Positions 45,187 through 57,413 of a stretch of 64,000 bases of DNA are shown here, one piece after another. Made by a program: the position numbers and the translations under genes. The DNA comes from Hyaloraphidium curvatum SAG 235-1 (Eukaryota; Fungi; Monoblepharomycota). The stretch lies in NCBI GenBank assembly GCA_025558095.1, contig JAIVFI010000012.1, positions 722,497 through 786,496 on the forward strand. The letters run 5' to 3'. Every line of letters begins with the position of its first letter. Within the stretch, counting starts at the first letter, position 1. The notes under the pieces are model-generated. The model had not been told where the DNA came from. It did no database searches and worked only from the letters and a program-made list of their open reading frames with translations.

Positions 45187-46404
45187 ATGGAACCCACCGA
45201 GAGCCCCGATGGCCCCGTCTTCCCGCCCGAAGTCGTCTATCGAATTGCAGAGCTCCTTCCGCACCGCGTCCGGCTCGAGGTGGCCCTCGCTTCCCGGGCC
45301 ATCCTGGAGCTTCTCGCGCCCCTGGTCTTTCCGCGCTTTGCACACCTCGGCGCCGAAGGTACCGACTTTGGCGACCGCGTTGCCATCTGGAAGCGCTTCG
45401 GCTTGCTGTCCCATGTGCGGAGCGTGGCCTTGGATTCCGCCTGCCTCAAAGCCCGCGCCGGGGAGGCCGCCGTCCAGCGCCTCTTCGCCGGCGTGACGCC
45501 GCTCGCCTCCGTCTACGTGTCCTCTCGCGACGACGAGATCTCTCTCCGCGCGGTCCTGTGCGCGCTTCCGTGCACCGTCAGGGAGCTCGAAGTCGTCGAC
45601 CGTGGAGCCCAAGCAGTGGGATTCGACCAGGAGCGCCTCGAATTGCCGCAGCTCCGCCGCCTCAAGTACACCAGGGAAAGGAACAAAAGCATGAGCAGCA
45701 CCGTGCTCGCCGACATCATCGCGCGAAGCCCTGACCTCGAGGAACTCGAGGTCTCCCTGGCCGCTAAGCTATCCGCCTTTGAAAGTGATCCAAGCGATCT
45801 CGTCGGAGACAAAGTGCGGCCCAGGATCACGGCGTGGGACATCCGCGACGAATACCTCTTCTCGAAGCTGTGCCAGAAACGTGATTTCAAGCCCAGGAGG
45901 ATCACGGCGTCGGACATCCGCTGGCCCGTGCGGGAGGCCACGCTTCGCGCCCTCGGTGCTATGGATTCCGTCACCACCATGCACTTCGCGGTTCTCGAGT
46001 CGGACGAACTGCTGGCCGTCGAGCTATCGCGTTCCATCGAGGAGCTCTCGATCGACCGCCTGCGTCCGACCATGTTTGCCGGTGTTGGCGGCGCGATCGC
46101 AGTGGTTGAGCAGGGCGGGGCGGATGCGATCCCGCAGGCCGTGGCAGGCTTCCGCGAGCGTCACCCCCACGTCAGGATGCGGATCGGCAAGCTAACGAGG
46201 TTCCCCGAGACCATCCGCACGAGCTTGTTGCCCGCCGTGCGCCAGGAGGTCGAGGAGTGGAGGCGGCTGATCCCCGGGCTTCGCGTGTCGCGTGACCTAG
46301 CGGAGCTCGTGCGTGCGGGTGGCGGTGGGGTTCCGGCTGACGAGGTGGAGGACGAGAGCGATGACCGGGAAGTGGATCGGGACGTTCGGAGCGACGCCGA
46401 GTGA
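45187..46404 (+). CDS. F-box-like/LRR protein, family B
   Basis: MEPTESPDGPVFPPEVVYRIAELLPHR, colinear with 11865-13136. Confidence 0.8.
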   Translation: MEPTESPDGPVFPPEVVYRIAELLPHRVRLEVALASRAILELLAPLVFPRFAHLGAEGTDFGDRVAIWKRFGLLSHVRSVALDSACLKARAGEAAVQRLFAGVTPLASVYVSSRDDEISLRAVLCALPCTVRELEVVDRGAQAVGFDQERLELPQLRRLKYTRERNKSMSSTVLADIIARSPDLEELEVSLAAKLSAFESDPSDLVGDKVRPRITAWDIRDEYLFSKLCQKRDFKPRRITASDIRWPVREATLRALGAMDSVTTMHFAVLESDELLAVELSRSIEELSIDRLRPTMFAGVGGAIAVVEQGGADAIPQAVAGFRERHPHVRMRIGKLTRFPETIRTSLLPAVRQEVEEWRRLIPGLRVSRDLAELVRAGGGGVPADEVEDESDDREVDRDVRSDAE

Positions 46405-46618
46405 CCGATGGACGCATCCAGTCCGAATGCACGAGATTGGGGTTGCCGCTCGGCTTGAAGCCCACCATTCCGTCCGTCCTGCTCGGCACTACAGTGCCAA
46501 ACTTCCGTTCCGCCTCGATCCCATCACGCCGCCGGAAGATGAAGGCATACAGACCCCGGGACGTGCTTCTGGGCATCCAATCATCTATAGTCGCGGATCC
46601 AAAGACCGACGCGCCGGC

Positions 46619-47768
46619 TCACGCCTCCAGCTTGGCAAACTCCCACCCCAGCGCCGCCCCGGGCCCCACCACCGCCGCCCGCGCCGCGAACTTGGCCACA
46701 TCCGCGGTCCCCCACCCGGCCCTGGCGGCCACGAGGTACCCCGTGGCGAGGAACAGCCCGACGGCGTCCCACGCGAGGAAGTTGGCCGTGCCCATCCCCG
46801 GCGAGCTCGCGGCGGCCGAGGGGACGAACGCCGAGAAGGTCTTGCGGAGCAGCGCGGGGTCGCGGACGAAGGAGGAGACGAGGCGCAGGTGGCCGGTGAA
46901 GGAGAGCAGGGCGAGGCCGCGGTGCAGGTTGGAGACGAGGTTCGCCGGGGCGGCGGGGATTTGCTTCAGGAGGGGGTGGTCGTCGGGGATGAAGGGGGTG
47001 AAGGACCAGGCGAGCCACGACAGGGCGGGGACCTGAATGGGACGCGGATCTGGTCAGCTAAACGCTTGGATCCGGTGCCGTGCGGAAGCCCACGATCTGG
47101 AACAGCGCGATGAACTTGGCCCGCTGCGGCTCCGGCGCGGCGAGGTTGGCCATGACGTAGATGTTGGCAGCGTGTCCGGCGCAGAGCAGCGCGAGGGCCA
47201 GCGTGGTCTTCGGGGTGCTCGGGAGGGGCCCGGTCGGCGGGCGGCGGAGCATCATGGGGACCCACACGAGGGGGGTGATGAAGCCGACGCCGAACACCTG
47301 CGGGCAGAAGAGCGTTAATCGACGTCCAATGAGTGACGCCAGGGAGAGACGGACCTGCATCCCCAGCGTCATGGTCGGGTACAGCCAGTGCAGCGTCCGC
47401 CCGCCGGGCTTGAGCCCCTCGACCGACGCGTAGAACAGCCACGGCGTGATCATCCCCGCCAGCGTGTCGAGCCACGCGCTGGCAGCCGAGTCCCCGACGA
47501 CGAAGCGGAAGAACTGTCGTGCGGAAGCGTGTCAGACGCGTCCCCGTTGGAAGGAAGCGGTGCCGCCCACCGGCACGATGGCGCCCAGGAACGCGTCGAC
47601 GGGCGCCGACCCCGTCCGCACGGCCGAGATGTCCGTCACGGGGTCGTCCTTGGCCAGGCTCTCCGCGGCCGAGTTGATGTAGCCCAGCGACGCGCCGAAC
47701 TGCCGCCCGACGAGGAGGGCGAGGGGCGCCGTGGCCCACGTGGCGAAGGTGGAGAGGACGGCGGGCAT
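46619..47768 (-). CDS. Multi-TM fungal membrane protein, possibly CtvD/AurD-like, 3 introns
   Basis: Spliced model has VDAFL, YP...Q|VFGVGFITP, NFLAWD and VVGPGAAL. The family assignment is recalled from memory. Confidence 0.55.
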
Positions 47769-47947
47769 GGCGGGGGTGCGAGGGAGGCGCGATTCGGGCG
47801 GGAGCGCGCTGGCGGTGCGGGAGAAGGTGCGGGAAACGCGGGAGGTCGAGGCGAACAGGCGGAAGATCCTCTGGCCCGCCCGGCGCTTCCCGATGCTCCG
47901 CACTGCTCCGCACAATGATCCGCGGGGTGTAGCTATGCGCCGAGCAA

Positions 47948-48487
47948 GTGCACGTTCTGCCGGAGAACCCTGTCACCATGCGTGCGATCCGGTCCCTGGC
48001 TTCCGTGACTTCGCTGCACCTCGGATTCCTCCGCTCCTACACGCTCATCAGCGTCGGACTGCCGCCTGCCCTCCAGGAACTCTCCGTCGGGACTCTGATT
48101 TTGACAATGTTCGAGGTGCGGGGTCTCGGCGTCGAGGCTAGCGTCCCCGCCTTCCTCAATGCCTACCCGGACTTGCGGATCCACATTTACGAGCTCGACC
48201 AGCGCTTTGTTAATCCTTCCACCGCGGCAGAATGGGATGCCATGGAGGAGGAGTTCTGGGCCTGGAAGGAAATCTTTCCCGACGTCATCGTGGCATCCAA
48301 GATCGCACCGATCGTGGAACCCGACCTCGCCGACGAGGACGCGGATGAGGACGACCAACTCGAAGAGGGCAAAATCGCGACGGCCATTTCCGGAAATGGG
48401 CAATCGGACGGCGGAGTCCATCGATGCGCTTGCGGGAACCAGGCCGATGTGATTGGCATCGACAATGAATCGCACACAAAGCAATAG
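47948..48487 (+). pseudogene. C-terminal fragment of F-box-like/LRR family B
   Basis: AIRSLASVTSLHLGFLRSYTLISVGLPPALQELSVGTLILTMF aligns with AISKLPSVTSLRFSELASHMLVTISMPPSLQDLTVDRLLPTLF. There is no room upstream for the N-terminal half. Confidence 0.7.
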
Positions 48488-48781
48488 CATCTCCCGAATC
48501 GGTCGAGTCGCCGCTGAGGGCGGTGCCGAGGTCCGTCGGGGAACCGGAACCTAACCCGGGCCGATCGACGCGGCCCGCGCGTTCTTCGCGTCGCCGACCG
48601 CCATGCAACTCCGCCCAAGAGTGAACCAAAACCATGGCATCTAGCGGGATCTGGAGCGCGGGGACGGCATGGAGACCGGAGCACGGGGACGGAAGATCGC
48701 GGTGTGCGTCATTGCATTCCACAGTCAGTACATCGCCACAGGCATTAGGAGTCTGCTGCAGACGAACTCAGAGCCCCCCAA

Positions 48782-50861
48782 TCACCGCCCAGACCAATCG
48801 ATGCCGAACCCTTCGGACCCGTCGTCCTTCCCCGACGCATCGCCCATCCCGGATCCGCCGTTGCTCCCGGATCCCTCGGATCCGTCCTCCCCTCCCGGCC
48901 CACCGTTGTCCTCCGGCTCGCCCTCGTCCGCCCCCCCACCGTCCTCTTCCGAGTCCGCGCCGTCCATCTTGCCCCTCTGCGCCCCCCTGTTGTCCTCGTC
49001 GTCCCCCTCTCCCTCGCTCACGTCGATGATCTTCTTCCCCCCGAGCGCCCTGACCGCCGCGTTCGCCGTGTCGATCGCCGCCTTCCCCACCGGATCGCCC
49101 CGCAGCATCGGCAGCGCCGCCCTCGGCTCGTCCTCTAGCCCCTTCGTGCCCTGCGGATCCAGATCCAGCGCGTCCAGGGCGTCCCCGAGGTTCTTGGCCC
49201 CCCGCGCCGGCGTCGCGGCGGTCTCCGCGCCGCGGCCCCCGCGCCCCGCGCGGGGCGCGAGCACGCCCAGCGGGCCCGGCGCCCGGTTGTCGTCCGCCGC
49301 GGCCTTCATCCCGACAAGGAGCAGGTCCGCGAGGCGCACCCCGGCGGTGGCGAAGAACCGGTGCGAGAGCACCGCCCCTGCGTCCTGCAGCCTCGTCGCC
49401 GGGTCGAAGTCGAGCAGCCTGGCGATGAGGTCCTTGAGCGCCGCGCGGGCGGCGGGATCCCGCACGGTGCGATCCAGGGCCGCCAGGTCCAGAGGCGCCG
49501 AAAAATCAGGGATGATGGACATGCTGTTCGGGCCCAACGTGTTGCGGTACGGCAGGACGCGGGGCATTTTCGAGGAGCCCATGCCCGTGTATAGGTCCCA
49601 CAGCGTCATGCCGAGGGCGTAGTAATCCAGCCCCTTGCCGTAGCTCCGTTGCTTGAGGGCCGCGAGCTGCGCGTCCAAGGCCCGCGCGGCGCGCCGGATC
49701 TTGGGCTCCAGATCCGCGCGGATCGCTGCCCGCTCGGCAGCCTTCAGCTTGTACTTGTTGATGTCCTTGCGGTTGGTCGTGTACCATACGTTGACGGCCT
49801 GGTCTGCCATGGCCTCGACCATGTTGCTGCGGAGCTTTCGGATTTCGATCTGGCGGGCGGTCGGTGCACGGTTACGCGCAGGTGGCGGGCGAGTCGAGCA
49901 GACCCACGAAAAACAAAGATTCTGGGGATCGGTAAGCTTCGTTGTCGAAAGTGTTATCTGGTTTTCGGCTGCCCTTGCCGGGCAGTACGACGTTGGCGGT
50001 GGCTTCGCGGAGCTGGCTTAGCCCCTTGTACCCCACGTCCCCGATGCGGTTCAGCGTGTCCTGCCAGATCACTTCGCGATCGTTCTTAATGGAGGTGCCG
50101 AAGTCGGCCAGCCTGAGGACGTCGTCCTCGCCGAACAGGAACTGGCTCGGCTTGAGGTCGCGGTGCAAGTAGCCCCTCCAGTGCAGGATGGCGACCGCGA
50201 CGACCATCTGCGCGAGCATCTTGCGCGTGTCGTCCGACGTGTCCAGGGGCCCGCGGAGGGCGCGGTCCTCGAGGGTGCCCTTCGCTGCGGACGGGGGATC
50301 GGGATTCAGGGAGGCGTAGCGTGCCTGCAGGGAAGCCTCTGCACCTTTGGCCAGGAAGATGGAGGCTTCCAGCGTCAGCTTGCTTCGGTCCGCCGGGTCG
50401 CGCCTCTTCTTGTGGACCCCGCCGAGGAAGCGGACCATGAAGGGGAGCCCGTTCATCTTGCGGGTGATTGCCATCTCGTTCAGGACCGTGTCGAACGTGT
50501 CGTGGCCTTTCTGCCAGCTCTCCTCGCCCTTGACGACCTTGATCTCGAAGCTCTTGATGACCACGGCGGGGCCCGCGACGCGCATCGGCTCGGCAATGAC
50601 GACGGTGCTCGGCGGGTTGCTCGACAGCCGCTTCTTCGCCTGCCACAGCGCGGGGTCGACGAGCTCGGGCCGGAGGACGTTGATCTTCTTGGGCGAGAGG
50701 AAGCGCGCGCGCGCGAGCTCGGCCTCGACGTTCACCGCGCCGGCGGCCGCGGGGGGCCGCTTCCGGCGCGGCCGCCCGAGCGCGTCCGCCGGCGGCACCG
50801 CGACAGCCAGCAGCACGAGCACGGCCAGCAGGAGCAGCAGCGGCACGCGGCGACGCGCCAT
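48782..50861 (-). CDS. Atypical protein kinase with an N-terminal signal peptide; intron 49850-49907
   Basis: MARRRVPLLLLLAVLVLLAVAVPPADA, VVIK, NE, HRDLKPSQ, DFG, YRSPE, DYYALG and LIARLLDFDPATRL. Confidence 0.82.
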
Positions 50862-51137
50862 GGCGCGTGTTGCGAGGGGTGCGGAAGATGAACGGGTCCA
50901 CGCCGGCGGCGCCCTTGGATCGAGATCGAGACGACCTGATCGACGAGCAGTCAGCAGCTTAATCAATAAATCAATTATTCGCGCATCGTCAACCGTGCTC
51001 CATCGACGGACACCACCGCGGACGACCTGCGGAACCTCCTCACGCCCTCCTCTTCGCCATGAGGAGCAGGCTCCCGCTTCTCGGCTTATGTACCGATGCG
51101 CAATGGGATCGATCGACAAACACTTGCGCGCAGTACA

Positions 51138-53967
51138 TCAATCGCCGTGCGTCCTTAGCCTCCTCCCCGTCACGCCCCTCCGCGCAGCAACCACCGCCTC
51201 GGCGCGCACCGCCACCACCTCCCCGTCCCCAGCGCTCCCGTCCCTCTTCCGCGATGGGACAAGTTCCTCCCAATACTCTACCGTGGCGGAAACCTGCAGC
51301 GCCAACATCGTAGCCTCCGCGCCGTCGTCCACCCCGGCCTCGAGCGCCGCGAAGCTGGGGGAGCTCCCGACGTCGATCCGCACCGCCACCGTCGTGCAGT
51401 TTGCCGAGTCCGTCGCGTTCCCCGACGGGCACTCGGCCGGGTCGTAGAGTACCGCAAGGCCCTGGAAGCCCAGCGCGGTGCCGAGGGGGGTCAGCGTGCC
51501 GCCGGATGTTGCCAGCGTGCGGGATCTCCAGGGATCGGATTGCGGGCGGTCCGGGAGCTCCAGCGTCGCCGTGCGGAGGCGGATGGCCCGCATCGAGGCC
51601 GATGTGCGGAAGCGCAGGGTCCAGATTGCCCAACCCCCAGGAAAAACGGGCGCGCTGCCTTGCAACGTGGCCTGCACGGTTGGCGGCGCCACCTCGCGCA
51701 CGGTCGAGGCGTTCTCGCGGCACCATCGCTGTTCGGCCCCCACGAACGCCTCGATCTGGAAAGGCGGGAGCTCCGGGCACGGTGGCTCGCACGAGGGGGC
51801 GAATCGTACGCCGTAGGTCCCCGGCGCCGCGCACGCATCCGGGCCGATCGGCGCGCGGACGGTGCCGGCGACCGACTCGAGCATCCCGGGCACCTCGCGC
51901 GAGAAATCCAGGGAGAGCATGAATCGCGACACGGTGTTCTGTTCCCAGGTCCCCGGGGAGTCGGAAAACCAGTTGCTCGGCTCCGAGATGACGGCGACGT
52001 CCGTCCCCGGCGCGGTACCGAACGAATTGACCCACCCCGGCCCGGGGATACTGCACGACCCCACCACGAGCGCGTACCTCCCGTTCGCCTTGAGTGTCAC
52101 CTGCGCAAGCTCGTCGGGGGCCTGGTGCGCAAAGTCGTTGCTCGGATCGTACTCGGGCTGGTTGAGCTGGGCGCTGGCGAGCGCCGTGTCCTCCGGCCGG
52201 CCCACGGGTGCCACGCGGGAGGCACGGTGGATCGACACGAAGCACGAGTAGAAGAAAATGCCTCCGAAACGCAGCCGGATCCGGTCCAGGCGGAGGTTCC
52301 TCTCGCCGACCAGGAACGAGAAGGCGGCCGACCGGTCCAGCCCAAGAGAGTAGCTGCTCGTGGGCGTGAGCCCGAGGGAATCGTACGCCCCCGGCCGCAG
52401 GTCGAAGCCCGGGGTGTCTACCTCCAGGTCGAACGGCCACCTGACGTCGTTGTCGGCCGGCACCCAAGGCCCGTTTTCCTCATAGGTGTGCATGCCCACC
52501 CCGACCGCGAACCCGTTGGCCGTCCGCAGCAGGAATCCGGGTACGGTCGCGGGGTACTCCACCGCGGGGCAGAGCAGCACGATGGCGTAGGACGTCGAAG
52601 GTTGCAGCACGAAGGAGGCGATGTTTGGGAGATCGGCGCGCCCCAGCGCGGGCCTGGCGATGCCCTCCGGATCGGGCCGCCCCTGGATCAGCACCCCGAA
52701 ATCCTCGGCAGGCGGCGGGTCCCACGACGGGGGGCCGCCCCCGGGAGCCGCGCGGAGGGCGAAATCGCACGACTGGAAGTAGTCCCCGCCCGTGGGCCTG
52801 GCGGCGAACCGGAAGGTGCGGATTCGGGAGGGCACCGGGCCGGTGGTGAACCTGAAGGCGGCGTAGAGGAGCTGCGCGCAGCAGGTGAAGAAGAATATGT
52901 TGTTGGGCACGCCGGTGAGGAGGTTGATCGCATAGCCGCGGAGCGGGCCGCTGTAGGTGGTCTGGCCTCCGGATGAGCGGGTTCCAGGAGCTGGCGAGGA
53001 AGAAACCTACCTGGACCAGCTCCGCGGAACCGGCCGAGACATCCCCGAGGGTCGGCGCCAGCGTGTATGTCGCCTTGTCGTATGTCGCGTTGAAGCCAAT
53101 GTCCATAAACGAGGTGCCCCCGGGCTCCGGCGCCAGGGCCACGCTGAACGATGTGAACCCGACCGTCTCCACCGCGTTGTAGGCCGAGTGCGAGGTCCTG
53201 AAGATGGAGTACATCTCCTCGGGAGATACGGCCCCGATGTAGACGCGGATGTCGTCGGCGTACCCGGACCACTGGTCCGTCGAGGTGGCGGCGAACTTGT
53301 AGGTGCCGAGGGTGGTGTTGACGGCCGAAGACAAGTCGCCCACGCCCGGGGCGGGGAAGTCGCCGGATTGGACGCCGTCCACGAAGATGCGGATCTCGGT
53401 GCCGGTGCGTGTGAATGCGATGTGGTACCACTTTGGCGTGCTTGGGGTGCCAAAGACGTTGCCCCCGCCGGCGTCGTAGAAGGAGACGTCCGCCCCGGTG
53501 GTAATGGCCAGCTCGACGTTGCCGAACCCCACGCCGAACGAGAGCTTTGTGTCGGTGTTCGGGTTCGCGCCGATTGCGTCCAGCAGGATCGAGCGGTCGT
53601 CGAAGGTCGACACGTGCGGCCACACCCAGGCCGATACGGCAAAGTCCCTGGTGCCCACGGCGGCGAGCAGGCCGTCGACGGGGATCACGCGGTCCGGCAG
53701 GATGGCGCCGCGGGGCGGGACCGCGCCGGGCAGCGGCACGATGCCTGCGGGGCCGGCGCCGGCAATGGTGCCCCGGCACGGCACGATGCCGAGTTCCACG
53801 TCGAACGCCAGCCGCTCGAAGAGCACGGCGGAGCGCAGCGTGGGGCCGGCGCCGTAGGAGCAACTCTGCTGCGCCGAAGCCCGCCAGAAGAGCGCCGCCA
53901 GGACGCCCGCGGCGAGCAGCAGGGCGGCCGGCCGCGGCAAGCGGCAGCACGGGCGGTGCCGCGGCAT
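51138..53967 (-). CDS. Secreted LamG/ConA-like lectin-domain protein with further beta-sandwich domains; intron 52962-53010
   Basis: Signal peptide ending ASAQ; FAVSAWV, KWYHIAFTR, IRIFVDG and GYADDIRVY (Laminin_G_3 pattern). Confidence 0.8.
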
Positions 53968-54633
53968 GGTGCCGAGGTAGCTTGTACGCCCTGACTCGTG
54001 TGCCCCGTCGTTGGCCGGTCGTGCGGAACGATCGGAGTGGCCGTGCGGTGGAGCACAGCCCTCGCCGCAGGGTTCCCAGGACTCGACTCCGCCCGAAGAG
54101 CACGTCGGGCCATGGATCCTCGGCCCAAAAAGCAAAGGCAAAACTCCAAGTCTCGCCTCACATCGCTTCGGCCGCGTACATGGTCGGATTGAACGTGCTA
54201 GCCAAGGTGCGACACAGGATCGCTGCTGCGCTGAAGGCGGCGGAAGAAGTGGCTTGCTGCGCACCAGAACCGCCCGGGGCGATTTCTTCGGTTAGAGGAT
54301 CAACTCACATCTTCTCTGCGTTGAGCCGGCGCCGGCATCGCGACCGGATCTTCTGTGCGACCTACTTCGGACCCCTTTCGCGGCTCGGGCATCGACCCAT
54401 CTTCATGGCCCGGGGGCGGCTGGCCCAGGATGCCGTGTTCCGCGAATCTGCACTTTTTTTTTCGGAAGACCCAAGGGCTCAAGGGGAGCTCACGGCTGCA
54501 CGGCGATCCGAGTTGCCGCCGCCCGCAAAGGCACCGAAGCCGCGCCGGACACCTTCGCGTCTCCCCGCCCCTCGCGGGGCCTGCCCCCCTCCCCTGAACG
54601 GCCCCCGCCACCCCCCAAGCCTCGGCTGGCGCC

Positions 54634-55319
54634 ATGAGGCATGAAGTCGCGGAAGCTCCGCGGACCAAGGGGTATTTTATGTCTCTGGCGGTGGGCGTCG
54701 CGCCGATGGGACTCGCGTCGTACGCTATCTGGGCGGGCTGGGGCGACTACGGACCGCCCGTGGTGTTTTCCAGTGGGTCCCACGCGGCAGGCGAGCCGTC
54801 GAGGGTCGCGATTCACCCCTTCCCGTCGCTTTCCAAATCAGTATCGGCCGCCATGGTGACGGGCCTCTTCGGCCTGACCGGCGGCATCCTCGGCATCTCC
54901 GCCACCCTCCGCCCCGACGTCTTCCACCGCCCGGGCATGCTGGCCGCCTCGTGGTTGGTCGTCGTCGCCACCCTCTTCTGCTTCGCGTGGTTCATCGCCT
55001 GCGTCGCCAACTTCACCTCCTTCTCCAACCTGAGCCCCGAGTTCACGCTCGCGGTGTACGATACCCTCACGGAGGAGGAGAAGCACAGCATCGCGGAGGC
55101 GTCGGGGTGTGAGGGCAGGGACGCGTGCATCGACGCGCTGTTCACGTACTTCTGGTACCTGTCGCGGGACAGGCTGATCTCGGCGTCGTGTATCCTGTTC
55201 GGATACGTGGGTGGACCTCCCCCGGGGCCCGGCTCGACGTCTGACCAAGGGCGCCGCAGCTCGTCGCGCTCGGGTTCCTCATCGCGGACAGGGACGAGAC
55301 CTTCCCCGGCAAAGAGTAG
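54634..55319 (+). CDS. Four-TM tetraspanin-like protein, paralog 2
   Basis: Colinear with 24257-24954, same two intron positions, ends FPGKE*. Confidence 0.72.
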
Positions 55320-56013
55320 CGCAATTCCGGACACCCCTCCGCCTCCTTCGATTTGGGGCGCACCCCGCATGGCTCTCGCCGCCAACTCCTGCCGCGCGTA
55401 GCCCCCTCCCGCGACGCCTGGCGTGCCCGACGGCCCGGGATCGCCGCGCCGTGCGTCCCGTCTGCCTCCCTAGCCGGAACTGGACCGACCCCGACAGCCC
55501 GAAGGTCTAGTTTTGCGCGGGATGGGTCGGTCGGCCAGGAGCTCACGGACGGTAGTCGCGAGGCCATCTGCCGCAAGGCCATCTGCCGCAAGGCCAGCTG
55601 GCGCGGCCTTCCACGGCTCCGTGGGATTGAGCCTACGAGGCGTGCCTTCATACCCACCGGGTTCCAGATTGTGTATCGTGTTGCATCCGGGCAGCTTGCG
55701 TTCCCTACCGGACAAAGCGGCACCTGGGGAATGCCGCCGGCCGTGCCAATGCCGGGTGCCGTCCCACGCCAGATCGGACCCCCTTACCCTGTCTCCGCGG
55801 GCCAAATAGACCGATCAACGGCAAATCTATCGCAGTGGCATCCAACGGTGCGGGAAACAGCTGCCGTCCGGTCTGCGGGGGAATCGCGGGACGGCCGCCT
55901 CGCCGCCGCGCCAGGGTCCGCAAACTCTCCGGAGATACGATTCTCCGCCCTCACTCACCCACACCGCCCCTCCCTGCCCGTCCCTACCCACAGTATTCCC
56001 TCCCCGCGGTGCC

Positions 56014-56747
56014 ATGGAACTCCCCCCCGCCGCCGCGGAGCCCCCGCCCGCCGCGGGGGGGAACCCCCGCCGCGGCGAAGCCGCGAGGTACCGCCGCACC
56101 GTGGGCTACTTCATGTGCCTGGCGACGTCGGTGGCCCCGCTGGGAATCGGCGCGTTTTCGATACGGATGGGGTACCAGCTGTACGGCGCCCCGGTGGTGT
56201 TTTTCAGTGGGTCAGCGCGCCTTGCCCGTGCCGGGACGGCGCCGACACCCCTTCCGCCGCAACAGTTTCCATCTCCATGATCCTCGGGTCCGTCGGCATC
56301 GCAGGCGGTGCCCTCGGCCTCGCCGCCACCCTGCACCCCGTCAAGCTGGGCCGCGCGGGAACCCTCGCCGCCTCGTGGCTCGTCGTCGCGTCCACCGCGC
56401 TGTGTTTGATCTGGGCGGTCGCCGCCGCGGCGGGATACGCGCAGTTCGCGACGTTCACCCCGCAGTTCGTTCAGGCGGTGTGGGATTCCTTGCCGCCTTC
56501 GGCGCAGGAGAGCCTGCAGGGGGATTTCGACTGCGTGGGGTGGGAACAGTGCGGCCCGCCGCTGTTCAACTTCCTGCAGGCGCTGGCCAAAGACAGGGTG
56601 ATCATGTCGTTCTGCCTGCTCTTTGGCTACGTGGGTCGCGGGCCGTCGGCCGGGAGCGGGGAGATGGGCTGACGGTGCGTTCGGCAGATCGTTTCGCTGG
56701 GGTACCTCATCGCCGAGAAGGACGAGACGTTCCCGACAAAGGACTGA
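56014..56747 (+). CDS. Four-TM tetraspanin-like protein, paralog 3
   Basis: VWDSLPPSAQESLQGDFDCVGWEQC loop, same intron positions, ends FPTKD*. Confidence 0.72.
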
Positions 56748-57413
56748 CGGGCCCCTTCTGGTGCGGAGAAATGGATCGACCGCCTGCGCGGGACCTGCCT
56801 GGGGGGCACGTTACGGACGCCGGCCGGCTGCCTGCCTCGCGTGCGTGGCTTCGATGGCGCGCCTCCTGCACGATCGCATCACATGCGGAGGTGCCGTTGG
56901 TTGTGCCAGTGATCTTTCGGCCCCCTGAAACTGCTGCGGGCCAGCTGCGGCCCGGTCCGAGTGACGGACTGAGTTCCAACTTGGGACGCCGCGCACGTGA
57001 AAGCCGGGGCTGGCGGCCCCAGCTCCCACTCGGATGGAGGAAAGTGGAGCAATATGATTTCGTCCCACTGGTCGGATTGCATCGGCAATTGGAGTGTGCT
57101 ATGGAGGACGGCGGTCCCTATTTGTCACAGCGAGTGAGCAACCCGCGGTGCCCCGGGAGTGCTCAGCCGGCTCCCCTGCGGCGGGATCGTCTAGAACAGC
57201 ACGTTGATCGCCTTGAACGCCGATCGGCCCGGCGGCCGCCCTGCGCGCCCGCAGCAGCGGACAGAACGGTTCCCGGGTCCGGTTGAGAAGGTCCCTTCGA
57301 AAAAGGGAACGATCGGTCCCTAGTCGAGCAGGGAAAGCACCGCCCGCCGACGCCGTCACGCACGCACCCCCGGCGTTCTGCGGACGGATCTCGCCTCCGA
57401 CAACGCAAAGAAC

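Noticed and set aside
43461-47768. Secondary-metabolite gene cluster
   Set aside because: No PKS, NRPS or terpene synthase in the window, and the MFS gene is far away.
55561-55600. 15-bp tandem repeat aggccatctgccgca (about 2.5 copies)
   Set aside because: Too short to distinguish from simple slippage.
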